In this document: one piece after another, positions 1 through 9,395 of the stretch
Layout of the letters: each line of letters opens with the position of its first letter
Numbering within the stretch: position 1 is the stretch's first letter
Source of the DNA: Deltaproteobacteria bacterium
Lineage (GTDB): Bacteria; Myxococcota; Kuafuiibacteriia; Kuafuiibacteriales; Kuafuiibacteriaceae
Assembly: GCA_040218735.1 (NCBI GenBank)
Contig: JAVJQW010000033.1
Span: 64,001-128,000, forward strand
Length of the DNA stretch: 64,000 bases
Direction: 5' to 3'
Position numbers and translations under genes: made by a program
The notes under the pieces: generated by a model
The model's input: only the letters and a program-made list of their open reading frames with translations
Database searches by the model: none
Told to the model about the DNA's origin: nothing

Positions 1-130
1 CGGCGTCGTCGAACCTCCGGTCACGCAGCTTGCGGACGAGCTCCGCCTGCGTGTGCGCGCGCCGGGTGAGGAGATCCAGCGCCGTGTCCCAACACGACTT
101 CGCCGGACGTTTCTTGGTTCGAAAACCCAC
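1..130 (-). CDS. recX: RecX regulatory protein, N-terminal part (runs off left edge)
   Basis: Not in ORF track. Translated by hand from GTG at 130: MGFRTKKRPAKSCWDTALDLLTRRAHTQAELVRKLRDRRFDDA, which fits the RecX N-terminal AL.LL.RR.H...EL..KL pattern. Starts 9 nt downstream of pilT. Confidence 0.75.
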   Translation of the reverse strand, partial: MGFRTKKRPAKSCWDTALDLLTRRAHTQAELVRKLRDRRFDDA

Positions 131-139
131 CGAGTGAAA

Positions 140-1315
140 CTAACGCCGACCGACCGTGCTCGGGTTGCGCCCCGTGCCGGAGCTCCCGCGCGCCGCGGGC
201 TCGCTGCCGGAGGGGCGTTCGAAGTCGTCCCACTTGCTGTCGGACGCCGACTCGATGCCCTGCACGCGGAGCGCGAAGTTGCTCGGGTTGGTCGCCTGCC
301 GCATCGCTTCCTCGTAGGTGATGGTGCCGTTCTTGTAGAGCATCATCAGCGCCTGATCGAACGTCTGCATCCCGTAGCTGACGTGACCATCGGCGATCGC
401 GGTCTCGATCTCCTTGGTGCGATCCTTGTCCTCGACCATCTCGCGGACACGCGGCGTCGCGCGCATGATCTCCAGCGCGGCGGTGCGGCTCTTGTTCTTG
501 GTCGGGACCAGGCGCTGGCAGATCACCGCGCGGAGCGTCGCACCCAGCTGCAGGCGAATCTGTCGCTGTTGGTGCGGCGGGAACACCGAGACGATACGCG
601 ACACCGTCTCCGTCGCGTCCAGGGTGTGGAGCGTGGACAGGACGAGGTGACCGGTCTCGGCCGCGAGCATCGCGGTCTCGATCGTCTCGAGGTCGCGCAT
701 CTCGCCGACGAGGATGACGTCCGGGTCCTGACGCAGCGCCGACTTCAACGCCTGTGAGAACGACATCGTGTCGACGCCGACCTCGCGTTGATTGATCACC
801 GATCGTTTGTCGCGGATGAGGAACTCGATCGGATCCTCGACGGTCATCACGTGCACCGTCTTGTTCGTGTTGATGTGATCGATCATCCCCGCGAGCGTCG
901 TCGACTTACCGGAGCCGGTGGTCCCGGTGACGAGCACCAGGCCGCGCTCCTCCATCGCAATCGTCTTGAGGATCGGCGGCAGCCCGAGGTCGTCGAGCGA
1001 GCGCACCTTGAATGGGATGACACGCAGCACGATCCCCACCGTCCCGCGCTGCTGGAACACGTTGACGCGGAAACGTCCGAGCCCCGGCACGCCGTACGCG
1101 AGGTCGAGCTCGTTGAACTGCTTGAACCGCTCGCGCTGGTAGTTGTTCATGATCGACAACGCCATGCGCGACAGCTCCTCGGGGGAGATGCGCTGGCCGT
1201 CCTTCAGCGGGACGAGCTGCCCGTTGATACGGAACATCGGCGGCAAGCCGGCCTTCAGGTGAATGTCCGACGCGTTGCCCTTCAGCGCGATGTTGAGGAC
1301 CTCGTTGAGCTCCAT
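140..1315 (-). CDS. pilT: Type IV pilus retraction ATPase, PilT/PilU family paralog
   Basis: Start trimmed to MELNEVLNIALKGNASDIHL. Walker A GTTGSGKST, Asp box TVEDPIE, ALRQDPDVILVGEMRD, His box GHLVLSTLHT, GMQTFDQ. RVREMVED replaces the canonical AIRNLIRE. Confidence 0.93.
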   Translation of the reverse strand: MELNEVLNIALKGNASDIHLKAGLPPMFRINGQLVPLKDGQRISPEELSRMALSIMNNYQRERFKQFNELDLAYGVPGLGRFRVNVFQQRGTVGIVLRVIPFKVRSLDDLGLPPILKTIAMEERGLVLVTGTTGSGKSTTLAGMIDHINTNKTVHVMTVEDPIEFLIRDKRSVINQREVGVDTMSFSQALKSALRQDPDVILVGEMRDLETIETAMLAAETGHLVLSTLHTLDATETVSRIVSVFPPHQQRQIRLQLGATLRAVICQRLVPTKNKSRTAALEIMRATPRVREMVEDKDRTKEIETAIADGHVSYGMQTFDQALMMLYKNGTITYEEAMRQATNPSNFALRVQGIESASDSKWDDFERPSGSEPAARGSSGTGRNPSTVGRR

Positions 1316-1347
1316 GAACCCGGTCAGCGTAGCACAGAAGAAACTTT

Positions 1348-1860
1348 CTACAGCTTCCAGGGGCCGACCGGGACGATGCGCAACGCGATACCGACGACCA
1401 CCTCGACACCGTCGTCCGCCATGCGCCCACCGCTTCGCACGCCGTGCAACACGTCGACGTCGAGATCGATCGTCGCGCGATTCACCCAGAGGCTCCACAG
1501 CACGTGCAGACGTCCTCCGACGCGATGCGTCCCTTCCCTGTCGAACCCGTAGAGCGGGCCGACGAACGCACCGACCGGCAATCCACGGCGCACGTCGAAC
1601 ACCCCCTCGCCGTACCAACCGACACCGATCGACGTCGCAGTTTCGATGCGGTCGTCGACATCGATGCGAAACGAGGACGCCAACCCGAACGACGTCGCCC
1701 AGTCGAAAGTCGCCCCCACGCGGAACGCGGCCGGCGGACCCGCGTCGCGCGTGCGCAACGCACCGCCGATCCGGAGTCCAGGGTAGAGCGCGGGCGGTCG
1801 TGCTTCCGCCGGGGCGGTCGACGCGGTGACGAGGAGGAGCGCGAAGAGCGCGCGTTTCAA
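1348..1860 (-). CDS. Exported hypothetical protein, probable small outer-membrane beta-barrel
   Basis: TTG start overlaps the upstream stop. Signal peptide MKRALFALLLVTASTAPAEA, then alternating hydrophobic beta-strand-like segments. Confidence 0.65.
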   Translation of the reverse strand: MKRALFALLLVTASTAPAEARPPALYPGLRIGGALRTRDAGPPAAFRVGATFDWATSFGLASSFRIDVDDRIETATSIGVGWYGEGVFDVRRGLPVGAFVGPLYGFDREGTHRVGGRLHVLWSLWVNRATIDLDVDVLHGVRSGGRMADDGVEVVVGIALRIVPVGPWKL

Positions 1861-2240
1861 CGGAACTCGATGATCGCGGCTTCGACCGCCGACTCCTCGA
1901 CCTCGGGCGGCAGCTCGTCGGCGCGCTCCGGGTGCTGCGGGCACTGGCGGCAGTGGAAGCTCTTCCAGCGCACGCGCGCGGCGAAGCTCAGACACGACTG
2001 GTAGTAGTCGCAATCCATCTGCCGGCGCGTCTGCACCTCGTCGTAGTCGAGATAGGCGATCGGTGTCGGGCGCGTCCCACGGGGGAGCTGAACGAGGTCG
2101 ATGATGTCCGCGTCCTGGCGTCGAGCGTCGGTCTTGGAACGCGCGACTGCGAGCGTGGAACCGCCGCTTTTCGAGGAACCCGTCACCTTCGCGAACGAGT
2201 CTATCACACGCTCTGCGCGCGCCGACTGCACGCGCCGCAT
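1857..2240 (-). CDS. Small hypothetical protein with C-x5-C-x13-C-x2-C metal-binding motif
   Basis: C-terminal part of ORF 1857..2849, from MRRVQSAR. Contains CDYYQSCLSFAARVRWKSFHCRQC and an acidic tail. Confidence 0.65.
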   Translation of the reverse strand: MRRVQSARAERVIDSFAKVTGSSKSGGSTLAVARSKTDARRQDADIIDLVQLPRGTRPTPIAYLDYDEVQTRRQMDCDYYQSCLSFAARVRWKSFHCRQCPQHPERADELPPEVEESAVEAAIIEFR

Positions 2241-2299
2241 GTTTTTTGGAATTCGAAAGTGTTCGCGCGAAGTGCGCAAAAGCGATCGATCGATCGGGG

Positions 2300-3265
2300 T
2301 CAGGCTCTTGACTGGCGGGCCAGGATCTCTTTGATTTCCTGGTTCTCTCGACCGAGTCGCGTCATCTCGTTTTCGACCGCGGCGAGACGTTCCGCGAGTT
2401 GACTGTGCATCACGGCGAGGCTCTTGAACTCGTCGAGCACCATGTCCTGACTGATCTTCATCGGCCCCGGACCCTCGCGCGGCGGCGCGGGTGGCGCTGC
2501 AGGTTGTCTTGCATTCGCGTTGGCGCCGAGGCTCGTCTTCGGAATCGAAGCCGACCAGCTGCCCGGCTTCACCGACGGCGGACGCTGCGCAGCCGCAGCA
2601 CGCGCCGCCGGGTGGTTCGCAGCGGGCGCAGCCGCGGGTGACGACGCCGGCTTCTTCCCCGCCGTGTTCGGGATGACCTTCCCGCCGGCCTTGATGTGAT
2701 TGAACACGCCGAGCGTGATGTGACGCAGCGTCTCGAGCACGCCCGTCCCCTGCGACGCGACCGCCGGGAGCGACTTCACGCCGCGCTCGTTGAGCTGCGC
2801 GGCCAGCTCCGCCTCCGGGATGAGGTGCGGGAGGTCGCGTTTGTTCCACTGCATCACGAGCGGAATCGAGCTGTAGTCGAGCCCGTTCGCGGCGAGGTTC
2901 GTCTTGAGGTCGGCGAGGGACTGGCGGTTCTCGTCGACCATGTGGTCCTGCGAGTCGGCGACGAACACGATGCCGTCCGCGCCCTTCAACACGAGCTTGC
3001 GCGTCTCGGCGTAGTAGACCTGTCCGGGCACCGTGAAGAGGCGGACCATGAACTTCATGCCGCTGATCGTCCCGAGGTTGAGGGGCAACAGATCGAAGTA
3101 GATCGTTCGGTCCGTCTCGGTCGCGACGGACAGCAGCTCGCTGCGCGTCTCGGGGCGCATGCGCGCATGGACTTGCTGGAGGTTGGTCGTCTTTCCGCAG
3201 CGACCTGGCCCGTAGTACACGATCTTGGCGATCAACTCGCGCGACTTGTAGTTATACGTCGGCAT
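2300..3265 (-). CDS. MglA/SofG-family small GTPase with Ala/Pro linker and C-terminal coiled coil
   Basis: KIVYYGPGRCGKTTNL, TETDRTIYFDLLP, TVPGQVYY, LKGADGIVFVADSQ and NKRDLP are MglA-type G motifs. About 125-aa C-terminal extension ending in a heptad helix. Confidence 0.88.
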   Translation of the reverse strand: MPTYNYKSRELIAKIVYYGPGRCGKTTNLQQVHARMRPETRSELLSVATETDRTIYFDLLPLNLGTISGMKFMVRLFTVPGQVYYAETRKLVLKGADGIVFVADSQDHMVDENRQSLADLKTNLAANGLDYSSIPLVMQWNKRDLPHLIPEAELAAQLNERGVKSLPAVASQGTGVLETLRHITLGVFNHIKAGGKVIPNTAGKKPASSPAAAPAANHPAARAAAAQRPPSVKPGSWSASIPKTSLGANANARQPAAPPAPPREGPGPMKISQDMVLDEFKSLAVMHSQLAERLAAVENEMTRLGRENQEIKEILARQSRA

Positions 3266-3311
3266 CCAGAACCCGCCCGGCAGTCTCCAATCGGCAGGAT
3301 TTGTGGTCAAG

Positions 3312-4850
3312 TTACGGGATGTCGGGCCGTTCGAGGCGTCGTGCGGCCTCGGTGAGCACGACCTGCGCGCGTGGGTCCGGGAAGGCGATCAGCGCACGCG
3401 AGAGCGCAACGCGCTCGGCCGGGGGCGGAGCGGGCTCGGTCCGAAACGCCTCCATGAGCGCGGGGAGGGTGGCGGGCTCCGCAAAACGGGTCAGCCGATC
3501 GACGATCTCCAGGCGCAGGGCGAGGAGCCCGGGGCGCTCCACGTCCGTCCACGGGTTTGCGCGCAGCATCGCCGCGAGGTTCGGCGCGGGGTTGTCACTC
3601 CGCGCGACGAGCGGGACCGCCGCGCGCTGAACACGTGCGTCGGGGTCGACCCGCAGCATCGACACGCTCGACTCGATCGTCGAACCGAAGTGCTCCGCGA
3701 GCACGCGGTACGCGAGCCCGCGCGCGAGCGACGAGCCCTTGGGGTCCTTCGCGAACGCCAGCAGGCTCTCCGCCTGATCCGCGCCGCTGATCCGACGCAC
3801 CGCGCGACGCGCCACAGCGGCGATCCGGCGGTCCTTGCTCTGGGTGTGCACCCGGACGTCCTGCAGGATCCACGGCGGCGCGATCATCGCGAGGCGCTCG
3901 AGGCCCCGGACCACCGTCGCGCGCTGGGAGGCGTCGAGCATGTCTCGCGCGGCCTGGATCTCTTCGGCCAACCGGGCCTCGGAGCGGCCGGTCTTGCGGC
4001 GTCGGTACTCGGCGCCGAGGCGCTGCGTGACCTCGTCGCGTGGTTGTCGGTAGAGCGCGGCGCGCCACGGCGGGGTCTCCTTCGCGAGGAGCAGCTCGCG
4101 GCCGAGGCGGCCGACGCCCATCTCACCGTCGTGGCCCTCCGCGAGCTCTTCGGCCGCGCCGGGCAGGGTGAGCTTCGCGAAGTCCCACGGTGACCGCGCG
4201 CGCTTCGCCTGCTCGATCGCGGACTCGATCGAGATCATCCCGACCTTCGCGCGCTTCGCGAGTCGTTCGACGACCGCGGGCAGCGCCTTCAGCAGACCTT
4301 CGCGATCTTGCACCGGCGCGAGCGCACGGTTGGACCGAACCGGCGGTCCCTCTTCGGTCTCGTCGGCGAAGACAAATCCGTGCAGCGCGCACACGTAACG
4401 GCCGACGCCCTCCGCGTCGATCGTCAGCCGCGACGACGCGCCCTCGTCGAGGATCTGCAGCAGGTCGAGCTCGCGCTGCATGAGATCCACGGTGATGTTG
4501 CGCGACTGGTACTCGGGCGCGATCTCGTCGAAGCCGCGGTGGATCTCGAGCGAGCCGTCGCGTCCGTAGGTGAACGCGCGCGAACCCGTCCACACCGGCC
4601 GGCCGTCGCGCGCGACGCCGACCAGCGTCAGCTCCACGGCCTGGTCAGGTGCGAGCTGCACCTCGATGACGTACGTCCGAATGCCCGGGAAGCCGGGGGC
4701 GAAGAGGCGCGACAGCCCTTCGAGGCCCGCATCCACCCCGAGCATTCGGCGTAGGACCTCGCGCGCAGGCCCGTCGATCGCGCTCCCCTTGCCGACCCCC
4801 TCCAGCAGGCGGTGGGCGCTCGCCTGGGCGCGGGGTGCGGGGACCGACAT
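3312..4850 (-). CDS. Hypothetical protein: GNAT-like N-terminal domain plus C-terminal HEAT-like repeats
   Basis: N-terminal IAPEYQSRNI...GVGRYVCALHGF resembles GNAT motifs A/B. C-terminal helical repeats such as LRVDPDARVQRAAV and ARGLAYRVLAE. Confidence 0.6.
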   Translation of the reverse strand: MSVPAPRAQASAHRLLEGVGKGSAIDGPAREVLRRMLGVDAGLEGLSRLFAPGFPGIRTYVIEVQLAPDQAVELTLVGVARDGRPVWTGSRAFTYGRDGSLEIHRGFDEIAPEYQSRNITVDLMQRELDLLQILDEGASSRLTIDAEGVGRYVCALHGFVFADETEEGPPVRSNRALAPVQDREGLLKALPAVVERLAKRAKVGMISIESAIEQAKRARSPWDFAKLTLPGAAEELAEGHDGEMGVGRLGRELLLAKETPPWRAALYRQPRDEVTQRLGAEYRRRKTGRSEARLAEEIQAARDMLDASQRATVVRGLERLAMIAPPWILQDVRVHTQSKDRRIAAVARRAVRRISGADQAESLLAFAKDPKGSSLARGLAYRVLAEHFGSTIESSVSMLRVDPDARVQRAAVPLVARSDNPAPNLAAMLRANPWTDVERPGLLALRLEIVDRLTRFAEPATLPALMEAFRTEPAPPPAERVALSRALIAFPDPRAQVVLTEAARRLERPDIP

Positions 4851-4922
4851 CCGCCCATTCGTCTAACACGTCCGCCTCGGTTTGTTTGGCTGATTTCGCC
4901 GGCCCAGCTAGGGTGAGAGGCC

Positions 4923-6323
4923 GTGAGTCTTTGGCACGACGCACGCGCGCTGTTCGAACGTGCGCGTGAATACTGGCTCCAGGACATCTGGGCGCGCCGA
5001 GACTACGAGAGCCTGCCGTTCCTGACGCGCCTTCGAATCACCGCGTCGCGCGCCGTGTACATCGTGGTCGCGAGTTTCTTGCGCGATCGCATCAAGCTGC
5101 GCGCCGCGGCGCTCACGTACGTGAGTCTGTTGTCACTCGTCCCGGCCTTGGTGGTGGGTGTGTCGTTGTTCTCCGCGTTCGGCGGCCTGGAGGGCGCGGA
5201 GGCGAAGCTCAAGTCCTTCGTCGTCGACACGATCGCCGTGCAGTCGCAGCGCGAGGTGCTGCTCGGTTACATGAACCAGCTCATGGCGAAGGGGCAGGCG
5301 GCGAAGCTCGGCGTCGTCGGCATGTTGCCGTTGTTGCTGACGGTGGTGTCGCTGCTGTCGAACATCGAGCTGTCGTTCAACGACATCTGGGGCGTGCAGA
5401 AGAACCGCTCCTTCCTGCAGCGGTTCCAGGTGTACTGGCCGCTGATCACGCTGCTGCCGATCCTGTTCGGCGTCTCGATCTCGGCGACGTCCGCGTTCGA
5501 GGAGTCGATGGTCGGGCAGGCGATCTACGCGATCCCCGGGATGAGCCTCACGACGCACCTGGTGCGGGTGGTGCTGACGTGTCTGTTCTTCACGTTCCTC
5601 TACAAGATCATGCCGAACACCCGCGTGCGTCTGCGCAACGCGGCGGTCGGCGGGTTCGTCGCGGGTTCGTTGTGGTTGATCGCCGAGAACCTCTACGCGG
5701 TGTACGCGGCGAACGCGATCACGTACTCGGCGCTGTACGGCTCGCTCGGCGCGGTGCCGCTGTTCGTCATCTGGGTGTACGTGTCCTGGATCGTCACGCT
5801 GCTCGGCGCGATGCTGACGTTTGCGATTCAGTCCGCGAAGACCTACGAGCCCGACCGCGCGATCGCAGTGCTCGATCGTGAGTACGTCGCGGTGCGGTTG
5901 ATGGTCTCGGCGGCGGAGCGCTTCGCGAAGGGCGAGCACGCGGTCACGGCGCAGGAGCTCGTCGACGAGGTCGCCGTCCCGCCGCGCGTCGCGCGTCAGC
6001 TGCTCGGCGTTTTGGTGCGCCACGGTCTCCTCGCCGAGACGGTGCACGACGAGGACGTCGGCTTCGTCCCGGCGCGACCGCTGGAGAACATCTTCGTCGC
6101 GGACGTGGTCCGGTCGCTCCGCGAGGACCGCGACGTCACGCGGATTCAGGTCCCCGAGAACGACGCCGTGGGGACGAAGGTCTTCGAGCAGCTGTCGAAG
6201 GCGAACCAGGACGGGGAGCGGGATCTGACGGCGCTCTCGTTGTCGGCGTTGCTCGAGGACACCGGCAAGAAACACCTGCGGGTGCACGAAGAGCCGAAGG
6301 CGCCGCGCGCCGCTTCTTCCTGA
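4923..6323 (+). CDS. YihY/BrkB family inner-membrane protein with C-terminal Rrf2-like winged helix
   Basis: RAAALTYVSLLSLVP, NIELSFNDIWGV, YSALYGSLGAVPLFVIWVYVSW, several TM helices. C-terminal wHTH-like GFVPARPLENI. Confidence 0.88.
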   Translation: MSLWHDARALFERAREYWLQDIWARRDYESLPFLTRLRITASRAVYIVVASFLRDRIKLRAAALTYVSLLSLVPALVVGVSLFSAFGGLEGAEAKLKSFVVDTIAVQSQREVLLGYMNQLMAKGQAAKLGVVGMLPLLLTVVSLLSNIELSFNDIWGVQKNRSFLQRFQVYWPLITLLPILFGVSISATSAFEESMVGQAIYAIPGMSLTTHLVRVVLTCLFFTFLYKIMPNTRVRLRNAAVGGFVAGSLWLIAENLYAVYAANAITYSALYGSLGAVPLFVIWVYVSWIVTLLGAMLTFAIQSAKTYEPDRAIAVLDREYVAVRLMVSAAERFAKGEHAVTAQELVDEVAVPPRVARQLLGVLVRHGLLAETVHDEDVGFVPARPLENIFVADVVRSLREDRDVTRIQVPENDAVGTKVFEQLSKANQDGERDLTALSLSALLEDTGKKHLRVHEEPKAPRAASS

Positions 6324-6929
6324 TCAGTCGATCACGGCGCTGCCGTGCAGCGGGCCCGTGTACATCTCGGGCTGCGGCACGCGCGGCGTGGCGTCACCCG
6401 TCACCGTGGGCACGTCGCTCGTGCGCCACAGGCTCGGGTGTTGTTTGCGACCGGACGCGCCCGCGCCGCTTTCGTTCCCGTTGACGGAGCGCTGCTTGCG
6501 GACGGCGGTGCGGCGGGCGGTCGCGAGGGTCGCGATCGACGGCGCCGGCGTGGCGATCACGATCGGCGCGCGCGTGCGGACGAAGCGCTCGGCCGTAGCC
6601 TGCGCGTCCATCCCCGACTCGGACTCGAAGCGCTCTTGCGCGCGGACCTTCTGACGGGAGGCGAGGGCGCGGTCGCTGAGGTCCGCCTCGAAGCCGGCCT
6701 CCTCGCTGTGGAGCGCGTCGGTGCGGCCCCCGACGGCGTCGCGGCCGCCGACGGCTACGAGCTTCCCCTCGGGATCGACGAGCGTCGCCGCCCCGTCTTC
6801 GTCGACGGTCGGCATCTGGTCGAGCATCGCCCGCCAGCGCGCGAGGGCGAGGTCTCTCCGCCCCCCTCTCGTCAGTGCCTGTACCAAGCCATCGCGTATT
6901 ATCGGCGGGCGCTCCCGTGTGTTGCTCAA
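6324..6929 (-). CDS. Hypothetical protein
   Basis: Fills the gap between yihY and sppA with plausible composition. No recognisable motif; start uncertain. Confidence 0.4.
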   Translation of the reverse strand: MSNTRERPPIIRDGLVQALTRGGRRDLALARWRAMLDQMPTVDEDGAATLVDPEGKLVAVGGRDAVGGRTDALHSEEAGFEADLSDRALASRQKVRAQERFESESGMDAQATAERFVRTRAPIVIATPAPSIATLATARRTAVRKQRSVNGNESGAGASGRKQHPSLWRTSDVPTVTGDATPRVPQPEMYTGPLHGSAVID

Positions 6930-6958
6930 AAAAGTGACACGTGGGCTACTGCCCCGCG

Positions 6959-9376
6959 ATGGCGAGCGCCGCAGCGTTGACGGCAGTCTTCTCCAGCCTC
7001 CTCGCGGTGCCCACGCCGATGAGGCTCACGGCCGACGTCGAGGACGCCTACGCCCTCGACGTGAACCCGGCCGCGCTGGGGTACGTCGAGGACTTCCAGC
7101 TCCGCCTGGTCTACGGGCGGGCCGACGCCGACGTGTACCGGCCGGCGACCGTCGGCGCGACCAACGGGTTCGGCGCCTTCACGGCGATCCCCCTCGCGCG
7201 GGGCTTCACGCTCGGCGGGAGCGTCGAGGTCGACGTCGACCAGGGCGACCGCACCGCCGCGCGCACCGCGATCGGGATCGGCTACGCGCGCCGCGGCTTC
7301 GGGTTGGGCCTGTCGTATTCGAACCGGCCCCGGTTCGACGCGGACAGCAAGGGGATGGTCGACTTCGGCCTCTCGCTCCGCCCGTCGCGCTACGTCGCGT
7401 TTGGCCTCACGGTGCACGACCTCGTGCAGCACGCGCAGCGCCGGGAGTGGGACATCGGCCTGGCGATCTGGCCCCACGAGGTCCTGCGGCTCTCCGCGCA
7501 GTGGCGCATCACCCAGGACGAGCCGCTCAACCAGGACACCTTCGACCTCCGCTTCCTCGCGACGGTGAACCCGGTCGACGGCCTCTACGTCGGCATCGGC
7601 GCGGACGTCGACGCCGCGGTTTACCTCAGCCTCGGCCTCGACTTCGGCGGCATCGGGATCGGCAGCGCCGTCAACGGCGTCAACGGCGATCCCGCGTTCG
7701 TCGCGGAGCTCGTGTACGACGCCGACGAGCAGCCGGCGCTCATCGAGCCGTCCGCCGTCGCCGTCGTCGATCTCGCGGGGGAGCTGAAGCCAGAGCCGGA
7801 GGTGAAGCTCCTCGGCGGCGCGTTGTTCCACGCGTACGGCGCGGCGCCGCTCGTGCTCGACGCGCTCGCGAAGAGCGACCGCGTGGACGGTGTGTTCGCA
7901 CGCATCGGCAGCCTCGACATCGACTGGGCGACCGCCGTCGAGACGCGGAAGGCGCTGATGACGCTCAAGAAGTCGGGGCGCCGGGTCGACTGCCAGCTCC
8001 TCGGTCGCGGCGACCTCGCGATGTACCTCGCGTCGGCGTGCTCTTCGATCATCGTGACGCCGCCGCAGCAGGTCGAGATGAACGGCATCGCGGCCGACGT
8101 GTTGTTCTTCGGCGAAGCGCTCGAGGACATCGGCGTGCAGGTCAACGTCGTGCGGCGCGGCGCGTACAAGAACTCGCCCGATCAGTTCGCGCGCTCCGGA
8201 ATGAGCGTGGAGCACCGCGAGGCGCTCGGCGCCTACCTCGACACGGTGTTCGACACGTTGGTCGAGGGGGTTGCGGAGGGCCGCAAGCTCGAGAAGGCGA
8301 AGGTGCTCGAGCTGATGGATCGCGGCACGTTCACGTCGAGCGAAGCCGTCGATCTGAAGCTCGTCGACGAACGGCTCTACCCCGACGAGGTCGAGGAGCA
8401 CGTACGCAAACACTACGGCGGCGGGGCCCGCTTCGTGCGCGCCGGCGAGTTGATCCCGCGCTACGTGGACCGTTGGCGTCGCCAGCCCGGTATCGCGATC
8501 ATCCACGTCGACGCCGCGATCACCGGCGGCTCGTCCCGCGACATGCCGCTGGGCTTCGGACGCACCGTCGGTGCGCGCACGTTGATCCAGGCGATCGAGG
8601 CGGCCGGCTCCGACAGCAACGTGCGCGCCGTCGTGCTGCGCGTCGACAGCCCCGGCGGCGACGCGGTCGCGTCGGACCTCATCGCACGCGCGGTGCGTCG
8701 CCTCGCCGAGAAGAAGCCCGTGATCGCCAGCTTCGGCGACATCGCGGCGAGCGGCGGCTACTACGTGTCGGCCGACGCGACGACGATCTTCGCGGAGTCG
8801 ACGACGCTCACGGGATCGATCGGCGTCTTCTCGATGTCGTTTGGTTTCGAGGAGCTCCTCGCGAAGCTCGGTGTGCACTCCGCGCTCTTGGAGCGCGGCG
8901 CGCGCTCCAGCGCGAGCTCACCGTGGACGAACCCGGACGCCGACGACATCGCGATGGTTCAGCACGGCGTCGACGACGCCTACGAGCAGTTCCTCGCCGT
9001 CGTCGCGCGCGGGCGGAAGATGGAGGTCGAGGAGGTCCGCAAGATCGCCGAGGGTCGCATCTGGAGCGGCCGCGACGCGAAGGCCAAGGGCCTCGTCGAC
9101 GAGATCGGCGGGTTGATGGATGCGGTGCGCGCCGCGAAGGCCGCCGCTGGCTTCGAGGCCGACGAGACGATCTCGGTGCGCACCTACCCGAAGAACCGCG
9201 CGCCGCTCCCGGAGCCGGTGCGGACGATCGCCGCCGCCATCCTCCCGAACGAGCCCGAGCTGCCGCGCTGGCTGCCGGACGGGCTGCGCGCGTGGGTCAC
9301 GTCGTGGCTCGTTCCGTTCGCGGACGGAAGTGCGCGGAACGTCGCGCTCGTGCCCTGGTCCGTGCGCGTGCGCTGA
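6959..9376 (+). CDS. sppA: Signal peptide peptidase SppA (tandem S49 domains) with N-terminal beta-barrel-like domain
   Basis: LRVDSPGG, catalytic Ser in AASGGYY, TGSIGV, Lys in GAYKN, AEGRIWSG, GLVDEIGG. The N-terminal ~260 aa has NPAALG and amphipathic beta-strands. Confidence 0.9.
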   Translation: MASAAALTAVFSSLLAVPTPMRLTADVEDAYALDVNPAALGYVEDFQLRLVYGRADADVYRPATVGATNGFGAFTAIPLARGFTLGGSVEVDVDQGDRTAARTAIGIGYARRGFGLGLSYSNRPRFDADSKGMVDFGLSLRPSRYVAFGLTVHDLVQHAQRREWDIGLAIWPHEVLRLSAQWRITQDEPLNQDTFDLRFLATVNPVDGLYVGIGADVDAAVYLSLGLDFGGIGIGSAVNGVNGDPAFVAELVYDADEQPALIEPSAVAVVDLAGELKPEPEVKLLGGALFHAYGAAPLVLDALAKSDRVDGVFARIGSLDIDWATAVETRKALMTLKKSGRRVDCQLLGRGDLAMYLASACSSIIVTPPQQVEMNGIAADVLFFGEALEDIGVQVNVVRRGAYKNSPDQFARSGMSVEHREALGAYLDTVFDTLVEGVAEGRKLEKAKVLELMDRGTFTSSEAVDLKLVDERLYPDEVEEHVRKHYGGGARFVRAGELIPRYVDRWRRQPGIAIIHVDAAITGGSSRDMPLGFGRTVGARTLIQAIEAAGSDSNVRAVVLRVDSPGGDAVASDLIARAVRRLAEKKPVIASFGDIAASGGYYVSADATTIFAESTTLTGSIGVFSMSFGFEELLAKLGVHSALLERGARSSASSPWTNPDADDIAMVQHGVDDAYEQFLAVVARGRKMEVEEVRKIAEGRIWSGRDAKAKGLVDEIGGLMDAVRAAKAAAGFEADETISVRTYPKNRAPLPEPVRTIAAAILPNEPELPRWLPDGLRAWVTSWLVPFADGSARNVALVPWSVRVR

Positions 9377-9395
9377 GCGACGCGTTCGGCCGACG

